In this document: positions 14,543 to 32,575 of the stretch, one piece after another
Layout of the letters: the number at the start of each line of letters is the position of its first letter
Position numbering within the stretch: position 1 is the stretch's first letter
Source of the DNA: Styela clava
Lineage: Eukaryota
Length of the DNA: 64,000 nt
Direction: 5' to 3'
Assembly: GCF_964204865.1 (NCBI RefSeq)
Contig: NC_135252.1
Location: 17,732,001 to 17,796,000 of the forward strand
Notes under the pieces: generated by a model
Databases searched by the model: none
What the model saw: only the letters and a program-made list of their open reading frames with translations
Told to the model about the DNA's origin: nothing
Position numbers and translations under genes: made by a program

Positions 14543-17500
14543 TCAATGATGATGCTTGTGGTGCTTCTTCTTCTTGTGATGCTTCTTATGCTGTCAAGAC
14601 AAAAGTACACAATTATAGTTTTAGGTTTCATTCAAACTTAAAATTATGTGGAACGTGCATAATACAATCACAACACCACAATACCACCTATTTATTTTAA
14701 GGTTTATCAGAAAGAGAGAGTTTTTGCCACTACACCAACAAAGCCAGTGAACCCGGGCTGCTTTGGAAATAACTTTGTTACCTTGGCAGTTCTTTTACAA
14801 TTTTTTTTTTATACCTGGTAATTGGTATTGTTCATTCATTTATCCCATGTCAGTATGGTGCATCATGATAAGCGTTCGAAATATGCTCGCCACTGCACCT
14901 GATTTCCTTGTGCAAAATTGCTGGTTTGAATCTCGCAAGGGATGAATTATGTGCAAGAGAGGTCACTGGATATGATTAAGCAGTCTTGTTGTTTTTCCTC
15001 TCCCAGGGGGTGCATATGAAATCTTATCCATATATATAATGTATGACATATTGTCTATGAGCCTTTTTAATAACGAATATCCTATGGAAATGACTACTGT
15101 CCATGGTATAATGGTTTCTAAAAATCTCCATATGATGTTCAGTTAACTCTGATATTTACAAAGAAGTATTGGAAAACAAACAGAAGAACATACATAAATA
15201 TAATCTATAACGAAAATATAAATCAAATCGTACATGGCCTCCATCTGAACTGGAAGAACTGGAGCTCGAACTTGAGCTAGATCTGCTGTGATGTTTATGG
15301 TGATGTCCATGATGAGCGTTCTCAAGCTCTCTTTCTAACTTTCTTGCTTCATGATGGCCACCACCATGCGTGACTTCGTGCTCCAAATGTTTTACTTCAT
15401 GTTCGAGATGTTGGGCCTCATGCTTCATATGGCGCTCAGCCTCATTTATCTCGTGTTCCACTAAAAACATTTGGGAAAATTAGAATTGGAAAACAGTGAT
15501 TAACACTTTATTTATTGTATGTGACGATTGTTGACTGTAAAGTCAGCCATTAGTAGCAATGATGCACCATGCTGTTATTTTTTGTATTGATATTGTGTTT
15601 GTCAATCGAATATGGAGAATCCCAGTCTGGCTTTCTCTGATTCTTTCACTGTGGGATTCTTACATGGGTGTTGTTCGAGGTTTGGTACTTTTCAATCATG
15701 AAGAATGAAATTTATCATATAAAAAGCTTAATGGTAACTGAGTAATTCTGAAAGAATACATGGGACTGAAAAACAGATGTGAATGATAAAAGTAGTGAGA
15801 GGTCCTAGTCAGGATATGGTGCTGATCCCAGGGGCCAATGTTTGAGGGCCAGTTTAGTTTTTTAGTTTTTTTTTATTGAAGCAAGATCAGGGGTTTTGTT
15901 ATTTCATTTGGCAAGATCATGCTCTGCATTATTTGTTGCCTATGAAGTTGTTTACACTTTGTTGAGAAGTTTCCAGTCATTTTATGCTGCCTCGGACTAC
16001 ACACAACTCAACAGGGATTAGCTTAATAATTAATAAAATTGAGACTTATAAATATAAATGGCATAATAAAATAGAATTTAGCTTAGAGAAAGTTAAAATG
16101 AAATAGGAAAATAATGACATCACAAAATTCCCTTGTTTTGGCTTGTTGTGATACCACACCCAATACTATCAATGATTAACCAGAATGTTCATTAAGTATC
16201 TTATAATCAAAGTTATTAGTTTTCATTTTCAATCTATTGACATTGTTGCTCAGTTCCACATAATAAAAGCAGATGCCGACATTCGTAAATAATATCAGAT
16301 GGAAAATTGGCACTTATATTGAAACCCACACATTTTGAATCCTGCCTCATGCTATGTGTTTATATATAACATAGACTTTCAATATTTTAATTTGAAAATT
16401 AAAATGTCCAGCCAAATGTTACAAGATTCGATTTGAAAGTAGTAAACTCACTCAAGAAAAATTGAAGACACATATGATCTTCCTAATTGCAATTACTGGC
16501 CTGTTTTAATTAATAATTTTAAACATAGTTTTCTCATTAAGCACAATAATATCCAGTGGCATCATGAAGAACCAACCACTTGCTTCGAAAAATTCTAAGT
16601 TGATAAATCTCAAATATCTAATAAGATTTATCATCCACAGTTATATCATTTTAAAACAATTATAAAAGAAGATTTTATCCATCAAATTTGATACAATGAA
16701 TTTGAAATTTGTTGGAGTCAACCTTCATGACCATAGGGTTTCTGGATTTCAAACCATATCAGAAGAATTATTTATCAAGTATTCATAGCAATCTATTATT
16801 TTGACTAATATTAGTTGATAAGAAATCAAAATAACAAACCATGATGAGTCATCTTCTCTTTATTGGAGTAGTTTTCTACATAGAGTGAGGAAAAGCATCA
16901 AGTTCATGTAAATCAAACCACATTAGTTAAAAACAAAGTCTTCAATAATAAATATGGCATAGATGCATAGAAATTCGTTAATAACCATCAAGATGCAAAT
17001 AAACAGAGCTTGATGCTTGAATAAATAGACATGCATCAGAAATGAGCAATTGGATAATAGCAAAAATAAACCAACATCCCAGAATGATTCATTTCTACAT
17101 CAATTGCAAAGAACATAAAAAAGATTGGACTCTACTAAATGGAATATCCTTTACAGACAATAAGTATCAGAAAGCATATTTATGGATAATTAAAAAAACA
17201 TCTCATATCCTCAGCATTGCGGCAAGTTCAATAACAAAGTAAACATTAACAAAAATACCTGTTTCAATCCACAAACGAAATTTCAAAATTGAGACTTCTT
17301 GATCAAGAGACTCCAGAAATACTACTGAGATATATTTATGAGATTTCTAATTCCATATTTTTTCTCACAGTTAATGTTTAACTGGGATGTATGGCGATCA
17401 TACCATCTGGGTCATCATAGAGAAAAAAGCTACAGGAATAAAATAACCATATATTAAAAAAAATAGATTTGAATGGAATTCAAAAGTTGGGAAAATATTT

Positions 17501-18390
17501 CCTCTATTCAATAATAAGATACAGCATGAACATTGACATTGAGAGACTAGAGATTTCTTGCTTAACACAGCTGACTGTGTTCAGCATATTATTGACATTT
17601 GTTGGATATGCAACACACAATTACTAGATAATAAACTCCACCACAGTTACTAACTCTATAAAGAATCGTATTAGTCATAGTCATTAGTCAATTTAAAATG
17701 TTTCTGTTTTACAAAATAATACAATAAATTCAAACTATATTGGAGGGTTTGTAACTGTTCAAAAGTAGTAATTTCATATTAATGTGGGAATTAATCATTG
17801 AAACTAACCGCATGTTACAAAGATGGCGGATTACATAATAAAACCCATTGATAATCAATGGATATGTCATCTTTAGTTGAACATATGAATAAGAAAATTT
17901 TCTTTTCCATTTTAATCTTTTCGTAACCCATGAAATAAATATTTAGTAATTGTGGAAATTACATTCAGTATTAAACTGTTACATTCATCAGTACACATAT
18001 CTACTATACTTCACTTCGAATGAATACATAACTATTATAAAATGACCTAAATTTGAAGCATTCATATACCTTTATACACTCATACAATGAAATACAAATA
18101 TATGAACTATACAAAGTAGACTATAATTCAAAAACTGCAAATCAACAATCACAGAATCAGACATTAGCATGAACAGATTTATCAGTTTATCATGATATTC
18201 CTTTAATCAGATACCGTGCTGTCGTGTTGCATGTTGAATAAATTAGGCTATATTCCATTCAGATATTTTATTTCCGTCGTGCATGAAATATTGTACGACA
18301 CAAGTAATAAAAAAATTGCAACAATGATATCAGTTGAAATAAATATCATAGTATAAATTTACCATATTTATTTATTACTTACCCACTCAT
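14543..18390 (-). CDS. Small histidine-rich protein (~102 aa), unknown family
   Basis: Exons 18383-18390 (ATGAGTGG|gtaagt), 17404-17429 (microexon, tag|...G|gtatga), 15234-15460 and 14543-14590 (stop TGA). Phases join in frame (309 nt) to give MSGFFLYDDPDVEHEINEAERHMKHEAQHLEHEVKHLEHEVTHGGGHHEARKLERELENAHHGHHHKHHSRSSSSSSSSSSSSDGGHHKKHHKKKKHHKHHH. The last two exons are well supported; the first two are inferred from splice signals only. Confidence 0.75.
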
Positions 18391-19104
18391 AACAGTACTA
18401 TGTTTCTGTTCGTTTAATCCACACATAGTTTAGGAAGCATATTTGGTATCCACCTTTCGAACGAAAACCCACCCAACACATTGCAAAGGACAAATGCAGG
18501 GCGCTTGCGCAGATTGATTGCAAAACAAATGAGAAATGCACAGCTGGGATCGCTGATGCGCAACAAAATTGTGTGACGTAAAAATCGTGGTTCCGAAAGG
18601 AAGGAATTATCTACTTTTACTCATCTAAGGCCGAGTAATCCTAAATTTAAAGGCAAACGAGTATTTCGGGGATGTAGCAGTTCAAAATAGGAGAGTAACA
18701 GTTAAGAGTACCTACTTTGAAATGCACCCCATTTTATCCAATAAACATTTTGCATCGCTTGAAGTTTCAGTTTACGTTCAAATTCATCGACGTCTGCGTT
18801 GCTATTGATAAGATGTGTATGATTGTAAACATTGAAATCGCCATATTTCGACGGTGTGTATCCGAATATATGAATGAACATAGATGGCTCGGCTATAAAA
18901 CTTTCTATGGTGTTTCTTTTTGGTGCCATGGGCACGTGCTTATATTGCTTAATAGTTAATTCAGGCCTGGCTACAACATTCCTGCTTCTGTATACCGTAT
19001 ACGCCTAATATACTATACTAATCCGTAAGCATAATAAAGCAAGACTGAGTAGATAGTCAGTCTCGCGTTGTAACCCAAACTAATACCTTCAGCGAAGTCG
19101 AATG

Positions 19105-19390
19105 TTAACAGTATTGAAGTTGCGGATAAACGCTTAACGACTGACGCTTTTTAACAGTATTGAAGTTTCGGACAAATGCTATTCAAACATTTAATGACTG
19201 GCGCTTTTCAACAGTATAGTAGCTATAGTTCAATGCCATTTAAACATCTAACGACTTACGCTTTATAACAGCATTGAGTTTACGGCGAAATGATATCTAA
19301 ACATTCACCGACTAAAGATTTTTACCAGTATTAAAGTTACGATAGAATGCTATTAAAATGTGTATAACGACTGACGCTTTTAACAGTTAT
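19105..19390. repeat. Degenerate ~57-bp tandem minisatellite (~5 units)
   Basis: Recurrent TTAACAGTATTGAAGTT...AACGACTGACGCTTTT units. The one plus-strand frame I translated contains several stops, and the ORF track shows no ORF spanning the array. Confidence 0.7.
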
Positions 19391-21695
19391 GAGGTAGGTA
19401 TTGAATCGAAATCGCCATATTTGGACGGTGTGTAACCAAATATAAACATAAATGGCTTCTGATGAATGCGTTATATGAGGTGCTGGAAATCCTATAAGAA
19501 TGACAAACCTAAGTTTTTGGAGCGTTCTCAATTATCTTTGATATTCATACAAGAATAATCGGAGCTCCAGAAGCATGTGCACCAAGATGGCGCACAACCC
19601 AAACATAGTATGTGTAGCAGGTTAGGGTTCAGGCTGTGCGCGATCTTGGTGCACATACTTCGGGAGCGCCGACTTATCACCTCACCTCTGGTTACACTGG
19701 GTATCGCAGGTAGAGATTATGTGCGAGAAAATTGATGGACCATTCACGTAGGTAGGGGCTAGACATAAATGGGCAAAGAACGGCCCGCGGCCCAAATCCG
19801 GCCCGCTGGGTAATTCAATCTGGCCCGCCTGATGCTGGCACAACCAAACTGAAACCAAATTTTGATATTTTAGTTAAAAATAACTCAAGGAATTTGTTGA
19901 TATTACGGTTAAATTTAGCTTTGGCAGGCGGCTTATTGTTTCTACTGTTGCTGTTGTATCACTGTAAATATTGTTCGTAAAATGTAACTTTTTACGTCAC
20001 ACTTACAGGGCCCGCCAGCCTAGGTAGGCAAAATTTTTGGCTCCTCGTTCAAAAACCTTGCTCACCCTTGGGCTAAAAGGTTGGTTACAGATTTCGCCAC
20101 TACCGAAGTCCATACATCACGAACGATCAATTAGTAAACATTAAACAGGAGATGGGTGAGAGACGATCCTTCGTTGTAACTAAGCCGTCTTATATTTGAG
20201 TAAATTAGTTTTTAGTTTCGTATTCGCGGATAACTATAAAAAATATTATGAACTTGAAATAATTAAGTTAGCAGTACATTTAAGTTGAAATGCTCACTAA
20301 ACCTGGCTTCAACTCAGGACTTCCGAGTAAATTAAGTCAAATTAATATATCATAGAATACGTATGGATGATATATTTACCGCGGGATAAATCGAAGTGGT
20401 TCAATCAAATTCCCTATAATGAGTGCTATAGCAACTTCGGTTTGAACAGATCTTGATTGTTGAAGTAGGCTGTGACGTATATATATATATAAAATGATTA
20501 GAGCACTGGTTTCAACCGGGTTTTTACGGCGCCCGAAGGTTTCTCCAGAACAATCCGGGGTCTCCGCAAATTTATATTCAATTCAATCACAAGAGTATAT
20601 TATATGATGTAAAATTTTAAATATAACCAAATACCTACCAGGTTTGCCCGAAATGTTAAACTTACTACAAGATCGCCAGTATTGGGTTTGCTTTATACTA
20701 TTCAGGCAATTAAAGACAACTGAACTATTCTTGGAGCCTTTGAAATATTTCATCGGGGATCCGCTCCAACGAAAAGATTGAAAACCACTGAAATGAAGAT
20801 TAGGCAAACCGCTCATAGCCGACGAGGAATTTCCGCCTCACATACTTTATTTGCGAATTTTTTAACGTTAATCAGTCAATCAAATTGATAATTTATTTAT
20901 ATTGATATAATATAGATGTATTATGAAGCACGCAGGTCACGCAAACCTTACACCTAAAATATGAAACTTATTTATATCTATGTCATTTTCAGAATTATTT
21001 ATAAAATCGCATAGTTAAGCTGAGAAAGGGAGATTTTTTCACTTTCCCCCTCGTTTTGAGATATTCGAATTATGAAATTCCCCTTTACACTTTTCAAATT
21101 TTCGACCAAATGTGAGGATTGACAACTTTCGTGACGTTGATTTACATATCCTAAGCAGTCTATTATATTTAGGTTAACAGTTTGTATATAATAATATAAA
21201 CATGTAATATATAACATTACACCATCTCAAGATTGTTCTTCAATGCGCACTACATTTCGTGGAGTTAGATATGTTTGTTAAAGCCACTAATCTCAAAATT
21301 TTCTAAGATATATCGCAATGTAATCTGTTTTTCGTGAAATACCATTGATCACACCAAGACCTGCGCCATGTTGCCAAGCATCACTGTTACCTGAAGTTAA
21401 ATGATAAATTGATTTTGTGGTTGAGTACAGCCTTAATTTTACTCATTGGCGATGGCGCGCTTGAAACGCGCAAAACTGTGAAGCAACAGAAATCAATATT
21501 AAACCAAGCATTCAATGGGCATTTTTATAATCATATACGTATATTTTACAGAAGAATTGTGAATAAGATAATATACAAAATCGAATTTTACAACTTTGAC
21601 ATTAGATAGCAGTGACTTTTAACAAATCTTTTCAACCCTCAATTTCTTTTTTGAGGAAATAGTTTCGCTGAACACGTTGAAAAGAAGAAGAACTG

Positions 21696-26456
<4,761 letters not shown>

Positions 26457-27188
26457 CTTATTCGCTGGTATACCAGACTAAGACTTTCTCATTATGGCAA
26501 ATAGGTAAAGATTTCAATTCTTTGTCTCACACACAGCTTGAGAATTTCGTACATTTCATTAGCATTTCAATATATTGCGGATGTTTGAAAAACGCGAATC
26601 AACTCTTCTATGAATATTTATTGATTTACGGAATGAAGCATATTTTGGATTTGATAATTGTGCAGAATAATCTGAAAGTATAAATGTGAAACTTCCTCAA
26701 TAAGTTTATTAAACAACGGTGAAAGCAAATTATATTTTTCGATTTTTATTATCACAAATACATCAATACAAATGTAAAAACGAAAATTTCTGGGATGAAT
26801 GAATCAGAAATCACCTGAATCACTTTCTACCAACTACACGAAAAGCAGTTCTCGTACAATTCGTTACATACATAAAAATTACTCATAGCCAAATGTACAA
26901 ACGCCATATTTTAAAGGTAATAGATGCTAATATTTAGGATTTCATTTGTAAAATCAATTAACTATTTTTGGTTTAACTCAAAATGAAAGCAACTGTGCTA
27001 CTTTTTTAAAAACTTCTTTCATATTATTTCCGATAATTCACAGAGAACACAATTCTAATGCGTGAGTCATGAACATATTTCCGCCACAGTCAGTTCATAT
27101 GAATTTATTGATACTGGTTTTGATACTAGTTGAAATTAGGCCAGTCTGTTCAGAAATCATACATCACGTTAACAGCTTGGTCATGTCA

Positions 27189-27658
27189 TAGGCTTACCAT
27201 ACGTCCCGCTTTTAAGCGTTTTGTCCCGCCGTCCCGATAAGTCAACCAAAAGTCCCGCTTTCCCAGCATAATACACAAACATGTTCTTGTTACTGTTGTT
27301 TCTGTGTAGCGCAACGCTAGCCTTCTTACTGAAGGCGAATGCGTTCGTTTCCCGCTGATACCCATTGATGACAGACGTATCGCATGTAAAACCAATACTA
27401 ATTAGTCTAAATTCGAATTATTTGTACCGGTGTCGTTAACTTCATTTCCTTCCTATTTTTCGGACTGAACCCGATATTTGGACAGAGAATAAGCGCATGA
27501 AATTTCGTTAACAATATGGTCAATAAAGACAGCCGAGACAGCTTTAAATATAGGCCTATGTAGTGAAATCGGAAAATGTGAAGTTACAAAATCACAGCTA
27601 ATGGGTCGTTGTCTTTCGAGGCGTCCCGAGTTGAAGTCACAAAAATATGGTAACCCTA
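27189..27658. mobile_element. hAT-type MITE
   Basis: TIR TAGGCTTACCATA...TATGGTAACCCTA; 8-bp TSD TCATGTCA; GTCCCG subterminal repeats. Confidence 0.8.
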
Positions 27659-28314
27659 TCATGTCATAGCTATAGAATTTTAATGAAATAGGCCACTGTA
27701 CTTCTTTTTGGTGCCCGTATTTTCTTTTTGTCAAAATAACGTCATAATTAAATTGATTATTATAGATATGAAATAATAGCGTTTTTATTTTAAAAGCCAT
27801 GTAGTGCTTGCTTGTTATTTTATTCATTTATTCAGATTCACACTATTTCACTAATAAATGATTTTTTGTTGACAAACAAAATGAAAGCTTATTATTTTAT
27901 TTCGCGGAAATTTTCTCCAATGTTTCGAATTCCTGTTAAATAGGAAAACAATATTTTTGAAATCTCAATTTCTCCATCTTTCCCGAAAATGTGAAGAACC
28001 TCGGGCCATATAGTTACAGATTATATGTGACATTTTGAAAATAATTCAGGTTTTTAAAATCACAATAATATTATCGCAAAACTTAGCAGAGAAATATCGT
28101 ACTTTGTTATATAATAATATGCGTTCAAATTGGGACGAGTAGTTTGTTTAACCTGAGTAAAGTAGTCATACAAACGAGTGTGGATTGCAAAGGGTTAATG
28201 AAGTGAAAAATAACAAACACAGCGGTTGATGACGAAATAACATGAAAGAGTCCCTCGAGGGCATGAAATAATAACAAGGCTATAAATATGTAATATACGT
28301 TCTCAGTATTCGTG

Positions 28315-28386
28315 TCCCAGATGGTCTAGGGGTTAGGATTCCTGGCTTTCACCCAGGCGGCCCGGGTTCGATTCCCGGTCTGGGAA
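28315..28386 (+). tRNA. trnE: tRNA-Glu(TTC)
   Basis: 72 nt. Acceptor stem TCCCAGA/TCTGGGA; anticodon arm CCTGG-CT TTC AC-CCAGG; T-loop GGTTCGATTCC; TTTTT Pol III terminator at ~28391; TATAAAT ~34 nt upstream. Confidence 0.96.
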
Positions 28387-29310
28387 CATCTTTTTCGCTA
28401 TGCAATTTTACTCGCGTCTAGATGATTTCATCGCACAAAAAAACGAGTTGTTCAAAACAACAAGGAGAAAAATACCAACAAGTACGAAAACAGCAACATA
28501 ATAACAAAACGATCTACAGGTACATTTCGTGTCCAAAAACACCGTTCAACTCATAGCATTTAGTTCTAGAACATTGCCCCTGCACTTCTTTTCGAGACTG
28601 TAAAGTTGGAAAAATTTTTACAATCAACTCCGCGTTAAAAATTATTTTGGCTTCGACTCCAAACCCGGGTTAAGAAAAATCGTGATTCCGACATCGGGTT
28701 GAGAATATCCGGTTTTGATAACAATAACTTTGGCATATGCAGCCATTTTTACTAGACTGGTAAGAAAGATTTAGTAAACTTATCGCTTTTGAGTTTCTAC
28801 TTTGACTCAAGAAAAAAGTCCAAAATTCCGGATCCGCAAAATTCAGAATTTCGACTCCGACTCCAACGCAATAGCCCTGATTCTTTCACCAGTACGTCTA
28901 AATTGGGTCTATGGTATACAAAGTGTATATGGTGGGGATTTGAGATTGTAATGTCCGGGTACAGCACTTGGTTCATACATCATGGATGTGGAAAAATTAA
29001 TTATAAATTAGGAGAAGTGTAACTAACAGAGGTTTTGCGCAACTATAGGGTATAAGTGAACGATAATGCAATTCTTTAGGTTGTAACAAATATTATTGCT
29101 TCTCTGTATAGAAATGTTCGACGTGGCCAATATGTTTTCGAACCCACCAGAACGCATTTGAGTCCGGTGCTTCGGGATTGAGAAACACTGACCTGAAGCA
29201 TAATTGCTAGAATACTTGGTAGATCAGGGAAGAAAATCAATGTTTGAAGTAAAAGGTCTAATTAATATAAATGCTGCATTGCGTGAGGAAGCAAATGAAA
29301 AAGCATCCTT

Positions 29311-32300
29311 CTACAGCAATAGCCCAATACACAAGTAAAGCAAATAGCATATAATCAGTCCAATCACACTTAAACTGATCATCATTTCATTTTGCATCTT
29401 CTTGAAGATCGGGCTCTGTTTCATCAAGTTTTCCGCCAACTTCCCTCTCTCGTTTTCGTGCGGAAATGGAACTTTTGGAATATCTTTGCCGAGGAATTCA
29501 CACAGTGGTTTCCAACCTTCTCTCAGATCACATATAAGTAGGCGATCTTTAGGAGCTCTCTGAAGAGATGATATAGTAGGCAACAATTAAACCGGTACTA
29601 TACGTTATTAACTCGTTGTCCGCTTTCAAATGAATTTTAGATTTTTATAGAGAGCAAAAAACATAAATGCAATAAATAAGTAAGATTGTAAGCAGTGTTG
29701 CCAAATAATTAGCAGTTTAACTTTAACATAGATCACGCTCATACCGTGAGAACAGAATTGCAATGGTCTCGATAGCGTTTTCTGGCAACAGTCATGCTCA
29801 CTCCGCAAAATACATTCCACGGCAAGAAGTTGTAGTTGCCAAATAAAAAGCGTGCTGCAAAATTAAAGCAATTTTACATTTATTTACATTGCACATAATA
29901 TCACACAAATTCTCCGATTGAAAAGGAGAGACCAGGGGAAAAAATACCTGACTAGATCGCAACGAACGCGAACTCTATGTCACACGGTGCGCATTTTTTT
30001 ATTTTGATGACTTCATCAAACGTTAAATTAAATCCTATAGCGCCCACATTTTCAAAATAGCCTTCTGGCGACAACAATAATCTTTAATTACTGGAAATTT
30101 TGAAGCAATTGGTCTAGTTACTAGTAGTTAATAAGAAAATCGATTTTTTACAAGAAGAAGAAATGAAGAAATGAATGACTAACAATAATAACAACAACAA
30201 CATAATAATAACGAGAATATCGGTCAGGGACCGAAAACTCATCAATCGAAAGTTAGGGGATCCCCCAAAACAGCGCTTTTACTCCATAGTGATACCCACC
30301 CATCACTAATTAATTAATAACTCGCTAATTATATGACATAATTCGCCCAAAATCAATGGGCTTCTGGTCCGAGATATGATGAAGGCACATGCAAAATCTG
30401 GAGCAGATTCAATCTCGTTTTTGTGAGATATTGCATGCATCTAACAGACAGACAGACAAATTAAAATCGATAAGTATCAAGAGAGCTATGCTCAAATATA
30501 TGGACACGTAGCGCCACCCAGTGGGACTAATTTTGATGACGTCATATCGAAAAAAAAGAATAGCCTTCTGAAAAAAAATTTTATCTTCAACCACTGAAAA
30601 TTTCAAAGCAATTGCTCCAGTATTCGAAGAGAAAAGCGATTTCTTCAAAACGTGTCAAAGAACACTACAAGTACACTAAGACAAACAATAATAACAACAA
30701 CAACATAATATTGAAACGAACGCTATGTCCACTAGGTGTCCAATAACAAAGCGATCCATATCTATACTTCGTGTACAAAACCAATCAACAGGTCCACTTT
30801 GTGTTCAACAAGATTTCCCAAAATATTAGCGACTTAATTATAGGAAAGGCCGAAGGGGCATCCAACTGTATTTCGAGTTTTTGGCTCACATAAACATACG
30901 AACAAGATATTTACGTGAGTTACGCTTGTGATAAAGTCGACAAAAAATATTAAGATCGCTGAATTAGGCCAAAAAGTTCATTTTGAATGTTTTGATGTAT
31001 CTGAAAGTGGCTGCAAAACAGCTAGTGCCGGATTTAGGCGATGAGAGATTTTAGGCTATTCCGTTTGTAAAACCGGCCCATCCCTAATATGACATCAAAT
31101 ATTTTATAAAAGTTAATTTAACAATTCCAGTATTTTTTTCAAATGTATTATAACGCCATAAATGAATTTTATAATTCGCGGGAAATATGATAAGCTATTT
31201 TAGTTACAGCCCGGATACGTACACAACATCGAATGAGAAGTTGAACTCAAAATGAACTTATGAAGTTGAAGGCTGCAACGTCATGACACCAGAAAACGTG
31301 ATGGATTATTACTAGTCGCGCGTAATGGCTACTGATAAATAAAATTATTGTTTCATTTCTTAGAATAAACAGGACTACGATAAAAAAAGACATATTCATT
31401 TATTCAACTGTGATTAACGTTTTAAACGGAAATGTAACAAGAATATCGGTGATTTACGTAATTAAACAAAAATAGTTCACTTTTAAAATAGTACACTGGT
31501 TAAATTCCGGAACATGCGTTTTAACTTTAAAAATGAATGGTAGTTCGAAATTGAACGTCGAAGCCCTCATGAGCCACGGGGCTTCAGATTATTGTTAATT
31601 TGTCGCTAAATACACCAATCAATTATCATGAAAAATACTTTTCTCCTCAATTACCTAATGAATTATAATATTTACATATACACAGGATTTTTATTCATAT
31701 ATTTGGAAGCTGTAAAGAAGTAAATATTAAATAAATTCTCACATATTGTGGGTTATATCGCGTGTATTCGAGAAAGTCTTTTCATTTTGTTCCACTCACC
31801 AATAATAGACAGCGTATAAAAGAATTTGAATCCAGTATAAGATAATGTTGACAAAGCTAAGAATCCCCAATTTGTATTAAACATTTTTACTTGGTTGAGG
31901 AAGCTTTTTTCCCAAATTTCTTCGTTAGTTCGCTGTAGAAATATTATCTAAAGTAAGATAAATTCTTTTTACTTTTTCAACTTGGGTGACTTATAGCGAA
32001 CAAAATAAAGTAATAGACCTTATTTAATTGTTCTTACTTTAGCGTCAGGAAACGCTTCCAAAATTTCTTCCCAAAAAACTGCAAACGGAATATCAACTCC
32101 AACATCGACGTTTTCGTACATTCGGCGAAAATCCTCTTTTGTGCCTCCTTGCTGCAAAATCTGCAATATGCGTAAATAATTATTTGATGTCTACAGAGGG
32201 AATTAAGTGGAATCGTATGCTCGGAAACTTCCCAGCTATTTTTAATTTCTGTCTCACAAAGTATTTATTTCATTCATTGTTTAATCGGTGCCCCTCGCCT

Positions 32301-32575
32301 TTATCAGTGAATGAAATATATAATTTATTTTAGCTACACGTTGAAACGACAAGGGTAGAGGATTCAAGTTAAAAATTAATTGGCGATTTTGGATATATGA
32401 CATTTAACGATTACTAGACTCGACAAGAATGTCAAAATAAAATAACCTTAATCCATTCGTCTCCGAGATGATATAAATGGTGTTCAAAATCATAAACTGA
32501 ATATCCAAGAGTGTCAAGAACAGCAGCCATTGTTTTGGTTCCTGTTTTAACAAATCCTGCAACGATCACCTTCAT
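29311..32575 (-). CDS. P-loop sulfotransferase-like protein (Sulfotransfer_4-type) with C-terminal TM helix, copy A (252 aa)
   Basis: Exons 32447-32575 (MKVIVAGFVKTGTKTMAAVLDTLGYSVYD), 32038-32160 (DVGVDIP...WEEILEAFPDAK), 31800-31947 (IIFLQRTNEEIWEKS), 29745-29854 and 29311-29559 (APKDRLLICDLREGWKPLCEFLGKDIPKVPFPHEN plus hydrophobic tail). 759 nt, in frame. Confidence 0.9.

Noticed and set aside
16446-16475. Alternative first exon (MCLQFFL, gtgagt donor) for the His-rich gene
   Set aside because: Phase-compatible but with no promoter-like context; the 18390 + 17404-17429 model was preferred. It cannot be excluded without RNA data.
19105-19390. CRISPR-like repeat/spacer array
   Set aside because: Eukaryotic context, the 'spacers' are homologous to one another, and there are no cas genes; it is a minisatellite.
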